From an uncultured Candidatus Saccharibacteria bacterium (GTDB lineage: Bacteria > Patescibacteriota > Minisyncoccia > Phycocordibacterales > DSPV01), in the NCBI GenBank assembly GCA_964617735.1, contig CAZTXT010000001.1:267589-331588 (forward strand): a stretch of 64,000 bases of DNA. Direction: 5' to 3'. The translations under genes were made by a program, and so were the position numbers. The notes below the pieces were generated by a model. The model searched no databases and had not been told where the DNA came from. It was given only the letters and a program-made list of their open reading frames with translations. This document shows, piece after piece, positions 1 through 8,137 of this stretch. How positions within the stretch are numbered: position 1 is the first letter of the stretch; each line of letters begins with the position of its first letter.

Positions 1-1
1 G

Positions 2-3000
2 CTCTTCTCGAGCGGCACGATTGATGATGTCAGGATCTACACTAAAGCTCTCTCACAAGCGGAAGCCCAAGCGCTCTACAATTGGACTCCTGCTCCACCT
101 CCGCCCCCAGCCGACACCTCCGCCCCCTCTATTCCCGCAAGCATCTCCGCCAACGTTGTCTCCGCCAACCAGATCAACCTCTCGTGGTCAGCATCGACGG
201 ATAACGTCGGTGTAACCGGCTACAAGGTATTCCGTGGAGGGGTACAGATCGGCACCACCGCCCAAACTTCCTATGGAGACACCGGACTTTCTCCCAGCAC
301 CTCCTACACCTACAGCGTCTCTGCCTACGATGCCGCAGGGAATAATTCGGGGCAGTCAAGCGCTATCTCGGCGACAACTGCAGTTCAGCCCGATACCACC
401 GTTCCAGTCATTTCTGTTCTTTCGAGCTCTGGAATTACCACCTCTTCCGCATCCATTTCATGGATGACCGATGAAAATGCGACCAGTCAGGTTGATTATG
501 GTTTGACCACATCGTATGGATCTCAAACCCCGCTCAATAGCGCGCTTTCGACATCGCATTCCGTTTCGCTCTCGGGTCTCTCAAGCAATACCACCTATCA
601 TTTCCGGGTGAGTTCGGCCGATGCTGCGGGAAATCTTGCACAATCATCCGACCAGACCTTCACGACTGCAGTGCAAGCGCAAACTCTTGATACTACAGCA
701 CCTTCTACTCCTATGGGTCTCTCTGCCACGGCTCTTTCGTCTTCCCAGATCAGACTGACGTGGAATGCTTCGACGGATAACGTGGGGGTAGCGGGTTACG
801 ATATTTATGATTGCAGAGGCAACTCATGCAAGAAACTCAACGCCCTTACCAAGGTTTCCGGGACGACCTATCAGGTCAATTCGCTTTCGGCCGGTACAAC
901 ATATCGTTTTGCGATTGATGCATTCGATGCCGCAGGGAATCTCTCCGGGAAAACCGGGACGGTTTCCGTTGCCACGCCTTCGGTAGCACCTCCCACCTAC
1001 ACGCTCTCGGTCACTAAGAGCGGTGCCGGTTCGGGCACGGTCTCCGGCGGGGGCATCAACTGCGGGGCGACCTGCTCGGCTACGATAACGGGGGGAACTC
1101 CCATAACCCTCACCGCAACCCCCGCTTCCGGCTCATCATTTGCCGGTTGGAGCGGCGCGTGCAACGGTACTGCTTCCAGTTGCGCGCTGACCATCAATGC
1201 CAACACTGCAGTGTCTGCGACCTTCTCCATCGCAGCCGACACCTCCGCCCCCTCTATTCCCGCAAGCATCTCCGCCAACGTTGTCTCCGCCAACCAGATC
1301 AACCTCTCGTGGTCAGCATCGACGGATAACGTCGGTGTAACCGGCTACAAGGTATTCCGTGGAGGGGTACAGATCGGCACCACCGCCCAAACTTCCTATG
1401 GAGACACCGGACTTTCTCCCAGCACCTCCTACACCTACAGCGTCTCTGCCTACGATGCCGCAGGGAATAATTCGGGGCAGTCAGCCTCGGTAACTGCGAC
1501 GACGCAGCCGCTTTCCTCGACGAAATTCCAACTCAATGATCGGGTCACGGTAAGCTCCGGACCTCTCAATGTGCGTGCGACACCTTCCATTTCGGCAACT
1601 CTCGTGGGCACGCAGAATACCGGCGCTCTGGGAACCATTATCGGCGGGACAATCTATGCGGACGGATACTTCTGGTGGAATGTGAATTTTGATACCGGTG
1701 CTGACGGTTGGAGCGTCGAAGATTATCTCTCGGGGTATACGCCTCCCACTACCTACGTGCTTTCAGTGAGTACGGCAGGCAGCGGCACGGGCTCGATCAC
1801 CTGCGGTGGAGGAGCTTGTCCTACGTCAGTCACTTCTGGGACATCGGTAACTCTCACCGCGACCCCCGCTTCCGGCTCATCATTTGCCGGTTGGAGCGGC
1901 GCGTGCACGGGTACCGCATCGACCTGCACCCTCACAGTCGTGGGAAACACCACGGTGTCTGCGACGTTCAATCTGGTGAGTACGAATAAATTCAACATCG
2001 GCGATCGGGTGGAGATAACCAATGTTGCGCCTCCCGCAAGAGCCAATATCTGGGCCACAGCTGCGGTGGTAACGCTTGTCGGTACACAACCCGCGGGCGC
2101 TTCAGGCACCATAATCGGAGGTCCTACATCTGCCGGCGGAACAACGTGGTATCAAGTGGATTTTGATAACTCCACGATCGACGGCTGGGATGGCCAAGAA
2201 TATTTCGGGACGTATATTCCTGTTGCACTCACGGTAACTCGACTAGGCTCCGGCACAGTGACGTCAAACCCAGGCGGCATCAACTGCGGGGCAACGTGTT
2301 CGGCCAATTTCGGGATCGGTTCTCAAGTGGTGCTTACTGCCGCGCCGACCACTGGTTACTATGTCAGCAGTTGGTCTGGAGCCTGCAGCGGTAATGCGCT
2401 CGCGTGTACCGTTCTTATGGATTCCGGGCAATCTACGACTATCTACTTCGCACTCGATTCCACGCCGCCCTCAACCCCCACTAACCTTTCAGCCTCCGCC
2501 TTTTCTGCCAACCAGATCAACCTCTCCTGGAGTGCTTCGACGGATAATGTGGCTGTAACTGGCTACAAAGTATTCCGCAATGGAGTGCAGATTGACACCA
2601 CCGCCCAAACCTCTTATAGCGACACCGGACTTTCTCCCAACACCTCCTATACCTACACGGTTTCAGCCTACGATGCGGTGGGGAATAATTCCGCGCCTTC
2701 ATCGGTTGCGTCGGCGACTACCAAGACTCAAAGTGGATTCCTGCTTCCTCCTGACCGGAGTGCCAATCCTGTCAGTGGCACCCCGTGGAGCGGCGCGGGC
2801 GTTCCGGGAGGCATACCCGTTCGGACGACTATCTGCGCCACGTTGGGTACGGCGGGAGGAACGATCGCAACCCCTCAAAGCGTGACGATAAGTCAGATAA
2901 ATTCTGCGCTTTCAGCATGTCCCGCCGGCCAAGTCGTTTATCTCAACCCCGGCACGTACAGTCTTGTCGGTTCGACACCGATTCGCCTCGGCAACAACTC

Positions 3001-4432
3001 TGTAACGCTTCGCGGCGCTGGTCCGGATAAGACGTATCTTAAGTTCAGCGGGAATTTCGACACTGAATTGGTGCAAATAGGAAAGGCCTATGGCCAAGCC
3101 GACCCGCCGGGCGGTCCAGGAACGCTCACCGTGGCGAATTGGATTACCGGATTCGGCCAGGGAACGACGCAAATCACGCTCGATAAAACTACCGGCCTCT
3201 CGGTCGGGCAGGTCATGTGCCTCGACCAGCACGCGGGAGGTAGCAGTCCGTGGTCATCGCCGGTAACTCTCACCGGAGACAATCGAACGGGTATCGGCCT
3301 CCAACAGTGTGTTCTGGTTACTGCCATCAATGGCACCTCCATAACTATCTCCCCGGGAATTTATGGGACGCTCTGGAATTCATCGCTCTCGCCTCAAGCC
3401 TGGTGGTGGGGGAGCAACAAGTCTCTCCAGACCGACTTCTCGGGTATCGAAGATCTCAAGCTCGACGGGACTGGTTCCGGTAGCCAGTATCTAGTTCGGT
3501 TCGTTGGCGGCTATGCAAACTGGATGAAAAATGTCGAGTCTATGAATCCATACCAACATAATGTGGAAGTCAGTTATTCAAAGAGCATCGAAATCCGCGA
3601 CAGCTATTTCCACGACGCGCAGAATCTCCAGTCTAACAATTATGCAAATGATGTCGGCGACAACACGTCTTCCGATGTGCTAGTTGAGAACAACATCTTC
3701 ACGAATATTCCGAATATGATTGATGCGCGCTCCACCTCCGGCAGTGTCTTCGCCTACAACTATGGCGTGAAGTTCCCTTACTACATCTCCACATGGCTTC
3801 CCGAGACGATGATGACCCATGGCGGGCATCCGTTCATGGATCTGTTTGAAGGAAACGAGGGTCCCAATATCGTTTTTGACGAAATCTATGATCCGGCGAG
3901 CCATATCGTGGTATTCCGCAACCGGCTCTTGGGCTCTGATCCCGGGAAGACGGGCAGTCTCAATCCCCTCTATGTTGCCTCGAACAACAACTATGTGAGC
4001 ATCATCGATAACGTGTTGGGAACTGCGGGTGTTCAGGGCTCGTATAACGGCTATAACTTGACCACCGGCGGGAGCCAGAATATCTACAATTTCGTTTACC
4101 AAAGCGGTGATCCCCTGGTGCCGCCGACCTTAACCCGCTGGGGAAACTATGATACGTTCACGGGAACGATCAAAATGCAAACAGATGAGGCTGGTGGCGT
4201 CTCACTGCCGAGTGATCTCACTCCGTACAAGTCGCTCTACCGCTCGTCAGCCCCGAGTTGGTGGAACAGTTCGAAACTTCCAAATCCCAATCTTCCCTGG
4301 CCGGCTATCGGATCTGACATAACCGGAGGAACCGGACCTCAAGGTCATTCCTATGATATTCCCGCGAAGCAATGCTTCACGAAACTCAATCTTGCAAGCG
4401 GGGGAGCATATAACGCCAATCTCTGCTACTAG
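2..4432 (+). CDS. 5'-truncated giant secreted/surface protein with LamG-like C-strand, FN3 repeats, InlB-B-repeat-like Cys modules, SH3-like units and a C-terminal parallel beta-helix (pectate-lyase-like) domain
   Basis: Frame 2 has no stop from position 2 into the listed 464..4432 ORF, so the gene starts upstream of the window. The first residues IDDVRIYTKALSQAEAQALY match the terminal strand typical of LamG/ConA-like domains. Three FN3-like units share SAN.INLSWSASTDNV.VTGYKVFR...YTYSVSAYDA.GN. Three modules share GGINCGATCSA...FAGWSGAC. Two ~75-aa units share F.LNDRV.V...LNVRA...VG...G..G.IIGG. The C-terminal half carries NNIF/NxxDxG-type beta-helix repeats. Stop TAG is at 4430-4432. Confidence 0.8.
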   Translation, partial: LFSSGTIDDVRIYTKALSQAEAQALYNWTPAPPPPPADTSAPSIPASISANVVSANQINLSWSASTDNVGVTGYKVFRGGVQIGTTAQTSYGDTGLSPSTSYTYSVSAYDAAGNNSGQSSAISATTAVQPDTTVPVISVLSSSGITTSSASISWMTDENATSQVDYGLTTSYGSQTPLNSALSTSHSVSLSGLSSNTTYHFRVSSADAAGNLAQSSDQTFTTAVQAQTLDTTAPSTPMGLSATALSSSQIRLTWNASTDNVGVAGYDIYDCRGNSCKKLNALTKVSGTTYQVNSLSAGTTYRFAIDAFDAAGNLSGKTGTVSVATPSVAPPTYTLSVTKSGAGSGTVSGGGINCGATCSATITGGTPITLTATPASGSSFAGWSGACNGTASSCALTINANTAVSATFSIAADTSAPSIPASISANVVSANQINLSWSASTDNVGVTGYKVFRGGVQIGTTAQTSYGDTGLSPSTSYTYSVSAYDAAGNNSGQSASVTATTQPLSSTKFQLNDRVTVSSGPLNVRATPSISATLVGTQNTGALGTIIGGTIYADGYFWWNVNFDTGADGWSVEDYLSGYTPPTTYVLSVSTAGSGTGSITCGGGACPTSVTSGTSVTLTATPASGSSFAGWSGACTGTASTCTLTVVGNTTVSATFNLVSTNKFNIGDRVEITNVAPPARANIWATAAVVTLVGTQPAGASGTIIGGPTSAGGTTWYQVDFDNSTIDGWDGQEYFGTYIPVALTVTRLGSGTVTSNPGGINCGATCSANFGIGSQVVLTAAPTTGYYVSSWSGACSGNALACTVLMDSGQSTTIYFALDSTPPSTPTNLSASAFSANQINLSWSASTDNVAVTGYKVFRNGVQIDTTAQTSYSDTGLSPNTSYTYTVSAYDAVGNNSAPSSVASATTKTQSGFLLPPDRSANPVSGTPWSGAGVPGGIPVRTTICATLGTAGGTIATPQSVTISQINSALSACPAGQVVYLNPGTYSLVGSTPIRLGNNSVTLRGAGPDKTYLKFSGNFDTELVQIGKAYGQADPPGGPGTLTVANWITGFGQGTTQITLDKTTGLSVGQVMCLDQHAGGSSPWSSPVTLTGDNRTGIGLQQCVLVTAINGTSITISPGIYGTLWNSSLSPQAWWWGSNKSLQTDFSGIEDLKLDGTGSGSQYLVRFVGGYANWMKNVESMNPYQHNVEVSYSKSIEIRDSYFHDAQNLQSNNYANDVGDNTSSDVLVENNIFTNIPNMIDARSTSGSVFAYNYGVKFPYYISTWLPETMMTHGGHPFMDLFEGNEGPNIVFDEIYDPASHIVVFRNRLLGSDPGKTGSLNPLYVASNNNYVSIIDNVLGTAGVQGSYNGYNLTTGGSQNIYNFVYQSGDPLVPPTLTRWGNYDTFTGTIKMQTDEAGGVSLPSDLTPYKSLYRSSAPSWWNSSKLPNPNLPWPAIGSDITGGTGPQGHSYDIPAKQCFTKLNLASGGAYNANLCY
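108..358 (+). repeat. 251-bp perfect direct repeat, copy 1, encoding an FN3 unit inside the giant protein gene
   Basis: Nucleotides 108-358 look base-for-base identical to 1233-1483 by eye. A third, diverged copy at about 2461-2700 keeps only protein-level similarity. Confidence 0.8.
1233..1483 (+). repeat. 251-bp perfect direct repeat, copy 2
   Basis: Identical to 108-358 (offset 1125 bp, in frame). Identity breaks at 1484. Confidence 0.8.
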
Positions 4433-4525
4433 TGTTTTGGATGGGCCCGTGGGCAAATTGTTGCCCGCGGGCCTTCAGCGTGGGTTGAAGGGCACGGTAA
4501 AATCTGCTAAAGTCTCTTTGTTTTT

Positions 4526-4597
4526 GCGGCTGTAGCTCAACGGTAGAGCACTCGCCTGTCACGCGAGAGGTCGCGGGGTCAGCACCCGTCAGCCGCG
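4526..4597 (+). tRNA. tRNA-Asp (anticodon GTC) with an atypical T-loop and no encoded CCA
   Basis: Acceptor stem GCGGCTG/CAGCCGC, D-arm GCTC-AACGGTA-GAGC, anticodon arm CTCGC-CTGTCAC-GCGAG (GTC at positions 34-36), T-stem GCGGG/CCCGT. The T-loop is GTCAGCA rather than TTCGAAT-like. Discriminator is G and no CCA follows. Confidence 0.7.
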
Positions 4598-4604
4598 TTG
4601 CGGC

Positions 4605-4636
4605 AAAAATCGGCAGCCAGAGCTGCCGATTTTTGG
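4605..4636 (+). terminator. Rho-independent terminator after tRNA-Asp
   Basis: Stem ATCGGCAGC, loop CAGA, stem GCTGCCGAT, then TTTTTGG. Confidence 0.65.
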
Positions 4637-4807
4637 TGCCTTTGGCACGACGGTTGCTGACAGCCGCAACGTCCGAGCGCAGCGAGGCCGAGCTAGCAGG
4701 CGAGGAAGTGAGGCGGGGTAGCGGCCTTGCGAGCGCGACGGCGCGAGCAAGAGCTGTGACCAGACCCGTCAGCTGAGACCCCGAGCGCAGTGATTCATCA
4801 TCACCAT

Positions 4808-4836
4808 TGACTTGCCTCTGTGGCCGGATACTATGT
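4808..4836 (+). promoter_or_regulatory. Sigma70-like promoter candidate for the lipoprotein hydrolase gene
   Basis: TTGACT, then a 16-nt spacer, then TACTAT, about 30 nt upstream of the ATG at 4867. An AAAGGA Shine-Dalgarno-like element lies 6 nt before the start. Confidence 0.35.
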
Positions 4837-4866
4837 GCGGAGAAACCTTAACAAGAAAGGATCAGT

Positions 4867-5835
4867 ATGCGTCTATGTCGTCTCGTCTTCTCACTCATTC
4901 TGCCTCTGGTAAGTCTCGGGTGCCTGAATCTTCCCTCACACACCTATCGCCACGCCCCGCTTCCGCTTTCGGAGAAGCTCGCACAAGAGATATCGTATCA
5001 ACCGCTCACCTGCAGGCCTCTCTTGGAGTACCCATGCTATGGAAAGCATCAGTTCAAGCATATCGAACTTGAAGTCTCGACATTCAATGGTGCCAATAAA
5101 GTACTCGACCTCGAATACTATCGCCCACCAGTCACGGAAGCAGTCCCCGTCATTGTCGTGTTGCCGATATCCGCTGGCGAACATTATTCTCTGGAGCGGT
5201 TCCTTTCGCACTACATCGTACGTTGCGGCTTCGCCGCGGTAATCGTGCATCGCGAGCGGGAACGCAATCCCACGACTGCGGATGCAATCAATGCGCTGTT
5301 ACGCCAGTCGGTCTTGGACAATCGCCAGGTCATTGATTGGATCGAAACGCGTCCCGAGCTTAATCCGCGCAAGATAGGCGTGTTGGGGACGAGTATGGGA
5401 AGCATCAAAGGAGCGCTCCTCTGTGCCGTCGAACCGCGCGTCCGCGCGTCGGTGCTCGCGCTTACCGGCGGCGATCTTCCGTATATCATTTCGTATAGCA
5501 CCGACGGCACACTCACGCATTGTGGGGTGAGCCTTAAGCGTAAAACATACCTCAAAGAGCACCATCTCTCGCTCGCAGAGTTCAAGCGCGGTCTAGAAGG
5601 GATTGAATGGGACCCGAAGCTTCTTGGGCCGTATGTCGATCCGAAGAAATGCATGCTTATCTTGGGTGCGTGCGACACGGTTGTGCCCTTCAAGAAAGGC
5701 TTGGAATTGCGTGCGGCGATGGGGTATCCCGAGACCGAGGTAGTATTGAGCGGCCACTACACGTCGCTTTTCTATATGCTCAACATTCGCGCACAGGCAT
5801 TCGAGTTCTTCGCGAAGCGTTTCAATGAAGATTGA
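4867..5835 (+). CDS. Lipoprotein alpha/beta-hydrolase (dienelactone-hydrolase/esterase-like)
   Basis: Signal peptide with lipobox LVSLGC. Nucleophile elbow GTSMGS (GxSxG). Length and hydrophobic core pattern fit the alpha/beta-hydrolase fold. Confidence 0.7.
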   Translation: MRLCRLVFSLILPLVSLGCLNLPSHTYRHAPLPLSEKLAQEISYQPLTCRPLLEYPCYGKHQFKHIELEVSTFNGANKVLDLEYYRPPVTEAVPVIVVLPISAGEHYSLERFLSHYIVRCGFAAVIVHRERERNPTTADAINALLRQSVLDNRQVIDWIETRPELNPRKIGVLGTSMGSIKGALLCAVEPRVRASVLALTGGDLPYIISYSTDGTLTHCGVSLKRKTYLKEHHLSLAEFKRGLEGIEWDPKLLGPYVDPKKCMLILGACDTVVPFKKGLELRAAMGYPETEVVLSGHYTSLFYMLNIRAQAFEFFAKRFNED

Positions 5836-5849
5836 AACGTACGTTCATC

Positions 5850-5881
5850 AAAAAACTTCCGACTAGGTCGGAAGTTTTTTA
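5850..5881. terminator. Bidirectional rho-independent terminator between convergent genes
   Basis: AAAAAACTTCCGAC-TAG-GTCGGAAGTTTTTT: a perfect 8-bp stem flanked by an A6 run and a T6 run. Confidence 0.8.
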
Positions 5882-5883
5882 GT

Positions 5884-6804
5884 TCATGCTACGAGGAGTT
5901 TGTTGAGATTGCGCGAGCGTTCGAAAAAATAGAGGACGGTGAGGAAGGTGACCGCCGGCGATGCCCACGAGGGAATAGGGAAATGGAACGCGTCGAGCGT
6001 CATGATGATGCCAAGGAAGAGGATCGAGTACATGGCGCCGTTTTTGAGAAAGAGGTAGCGCTTGAGCCAGTGCATGTTGCGTACGGTCAATTGTCGTACG
6101 AGATATGCTCCGAGCCCGTTCCCGATGATGATGAGCGGCACGGAGAGCGTGAACGCGAACGCGCCGAGCACGCTGTCGATCGAGAAGGTCGCGTCGATCA
6201 CTTCGAGATAGAGGATTTTACTGACATCAGAGCGTCCTGATGCAGTCAAATTCGTTTCAGCTCGCTGCGCTTGTTCTTTGAACCCGTGCGTTATGAAAAA
6301 ACCAGTAGAACCGACGACTGCCCCGAACGCGACGAGCGGATCCTCATGGATCGCGAACCACGTTATGACCGTGAGAATGACAGCCGCGACAGCATAGAAC
6401 CAGAGTCCTTGCCTGATGAAGAACGGTTCATGCGGCAGCCCGATATTTTTCTTTTCGAGGAAGAGCCAGTGAAAGAAGAGAAGGATGAGGAATACGCCGC
6501 CGCCCAAGAGCAGTATCGGCGCTGACGCTTCGACGGACGCTGACACTGCGGGATTTTGCGAGAACATCGCGGTAAAGGAGCCGATGGCGCCAAGTTTCGG
6601 ATTAGCCATCCACATGATCGCCCACGGCAGGGCGCCGCGGATGATGAAAACTGCGAAGAGCACGCCCCAGAAGAGGAACCATCGTCGCGCTTTGGGGTGC
6701 ATCGTCGCAAGCACCTCGCCGTTGATGATGGCGTTGTCAATACTGCTGATGGTCTCGAAGAGCGCAAGACCGGCGATCGTTAGTACAAGCGTTGCAATGG
6801 GCAT
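5884..6804 (-). CDS. Integral membrane protein, TerC/DUF475-like
   Basis: About 8 predicted TM helices. The N-terminal ETISSIDNAIING block resembles the conserved E..S.DN motif of TerC/DUF475 proteins. Family assignment is tentative. Confidence 0.5.
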   Translation of the reverse strand: MPIATLVLTIAGLALFETISSIDNAIINGEVLATMHPKARRWFLFWGVLFAVFIIRGALPWAIMWMANPKLGAIGSFTAMFSQNPAVSASVEASAPILLLGGGVFLILLFFHWLFLEKKNIGLPHEPFFIRQGLWFYAVAAVILTVITWFAIHEDPLVAFGAVVGSTGFFITHGFKEQAQRAETNLTASGRSDVSKILYLEVIDATFSIDSVLGAFAFTLSVPLIIIGNGLGAYLVRQLTVRNMHWLKRYLFLKNGAMYSILFLGIIMTLDAFHFPIPSWASPAVTFLTVLYFFERSRNLNKLLVA

Positions 6805-6930
6805 GCTCTAGTATACTATTTTCTCGATTAAAGCCTACGGCGAGTTGTTCGCACTCGGTGTGGCAAAGCTCTTGTCATGTTTGAAAAAGCCCCGATGATA
6901 TACTATTATTCGATGGCGTTGTGCAGACAT

Positions 6931-7007
6931 GCCGATGTAGCTCAGTTGGTAGAGCAACCCCATGGTAAGGGGTAGGTCGCCAGTTCAATTCTGGCCATCG
7001 GCTCCAC
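6931..7007 (+). tRNA. tRNA-Thr (anticodon GGT)
   Basis: Acceptor stem GCCGATG/CATCGGC, D-arm GCTC-AGTTGGTA-GAGC, anticodon loop ATGGTAA, T-arm GCCAG-TTCAATT-CTGGC, encoded CCA. Confidence 0.9.
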
Positions 7008-7075
7008 AATGTCTTCCCCACGTCGTTGTTTTGAGGGACTGAATGCCTGTTCAATTGTTTTTGAAGAAATTAAGT

Positions 7076-7151
7076 GCCAGTGTAGCTCAGTTGGTAGAGC
7101 ACCGCTTTCGTAAAGCGGGGGTCGTCGGTTCAAACCCGACCACTGGCTCCA
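7076..7151 (+). tRNA. tRNA-Thr (anticodon CGT)
   Basis: Acceptor stem GCCAGTG/CACTGGC, anticodon loop TTCGTAA, T-arm GTCGG-TTCAAAC-CCGAC, encoded CCA. Confidence 0.9.
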
Positions 7152-7270
7152 GTTTTAGAGAAAAAGATACAAAATGTCGTTGCAATGCCCAGAAATTGTT
7201 GTGCATTGCTAACCGTTGGAGGGGGGGTATACTTTTCATGAAGAAGTCTGAAAAAAGATTCGCCTAATCT

Positions 7271-8134
7271 TTGTATATGATTGACCCTACTTTGGAAAAC
7301 TATCTGATACAGGCAAAACAACGAGGTTTGTCTGACGATCTGATTCGCCAGGAACTCCAAAAGGCGGGGTGGTCAGTTGACCAAATAAACCAAGCCCTTT
7401 CTCCTAATGGTAGTGAGTTTAAGCCACCTTCTCCGCCTCCGCAACACATTCCAAGCGCAGCATACCCGAGTAATATGCCAATGATGAATAACAAAGGATT
7501 GCTACTAAGCTTTGCCGTGCTACTTGTTGCGCTTGCGTCCGCCGCCGCGTCTGCGTATTTCTTTTTTGGTAAAGGGAATAGTTTGTCACTTCAAAATACC
7601 GTCGATCAGAAAAGCACTACGGAGCAAAATAATCTCGAGCTCCCCTCTACTAGCCAACCTACTTCCTTTAGTGCTCCTTCTACTGCTACCTGCAAAGATG
7701 ACGATATTGACTGTCTTATTAATCTTATTAATATTCTTATAGATAAGTCTGTGACATGTACTCCGATTCGACAAATATACAAAGTATTTGGAATATCTAC
7801 TCGATACGAGATCCTCGGTTTTTCCGGAACGCAGTGCCAATTTCAGGACGAGGTTTTGGGGGGGACTTTTCACCTCGATCAAGCGTATAGGGATAGGGCG
7901 AAAAGCAGTGGCGCAAGCGATGCAGACATCCAGGCTTTTACTCAGGGTATGCAGGAGGGTTTCGATATGAGTGTTGGAAAAGTGTTGAAGTGTAATTCCC
8001 CCACATCAAAACTGACGTCTTATTTGAAGGAGGTGAAACAAGGGACGAAGAATTTCCACGAGAAGGGTGAAGTCTCTTTCAGTACCGACTCTGTGTCATT
8101 TGCTTTTACTCAAGATTACTGTAACTTTCAATAA
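7271..8134 (+). CDS. Membrane-anchored protein with an N-terminal cytoplasmic helical GW motif and a Cys-containing extracytoplasmic domain
   Basis: N-terminal LENYLIQAKQRGLSDDLIRQELQKAGWSVDQINQAL, then a Pro-rich linker, one TM helix (LLLSFAVLLVALASAAASAYFFF) and a Cys-containing ectodomain. AT-rich, immediately downstream of the tRNA-Thr pair. Confidence 0.6.
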   Translation: MYMIDPTLENYLIQAKQRGLSDDLIRQELQKAGWSVDQINQALSPNGSEFKPPSPPPQHIPSAAYPSNMPMMNNKGLLLSFAVLLVALASAAASAYFFFGKGNSLSLQNTVDQKSTTEQNNLELPSTSQPTSFSAPSTATCKDDDIDCLINLINILIDKSVTCTPIRQIYKVFGISTRYEILGFSGTQCQFQDEVLGGTFHLDQAYRDRAKSSGASDADIQAFTQGMQEGFDMSVGKVLKCNSPTSKLTSYLKEVKQGTKNFHEKGEVSFSTDSVSFAFTQDYCNFQ

Positions 8135-8137
8135 AAT

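Noticed and set aside
997-4102. Minus-strand and alternate-frame ORFs inside the giant surface-protein gene (997..1302, 1450..1638, 1753..2112, 2912..3232, 3088..3342, 3680..4102 and others)
   Set aside because: They lie antisense or out of frame to a long, domain-rich ORF in GC-rich DNA, and their translations are Arg/Pro-rich low complexity. They are shadow ORFs.
6942-7267. ORFs 6942..7133 (-) and 7043..7267 (+)
   Set aside because: Both run straight through the two tRNA-Thr genes. They are artefacts of stop-free tRNA sequence.
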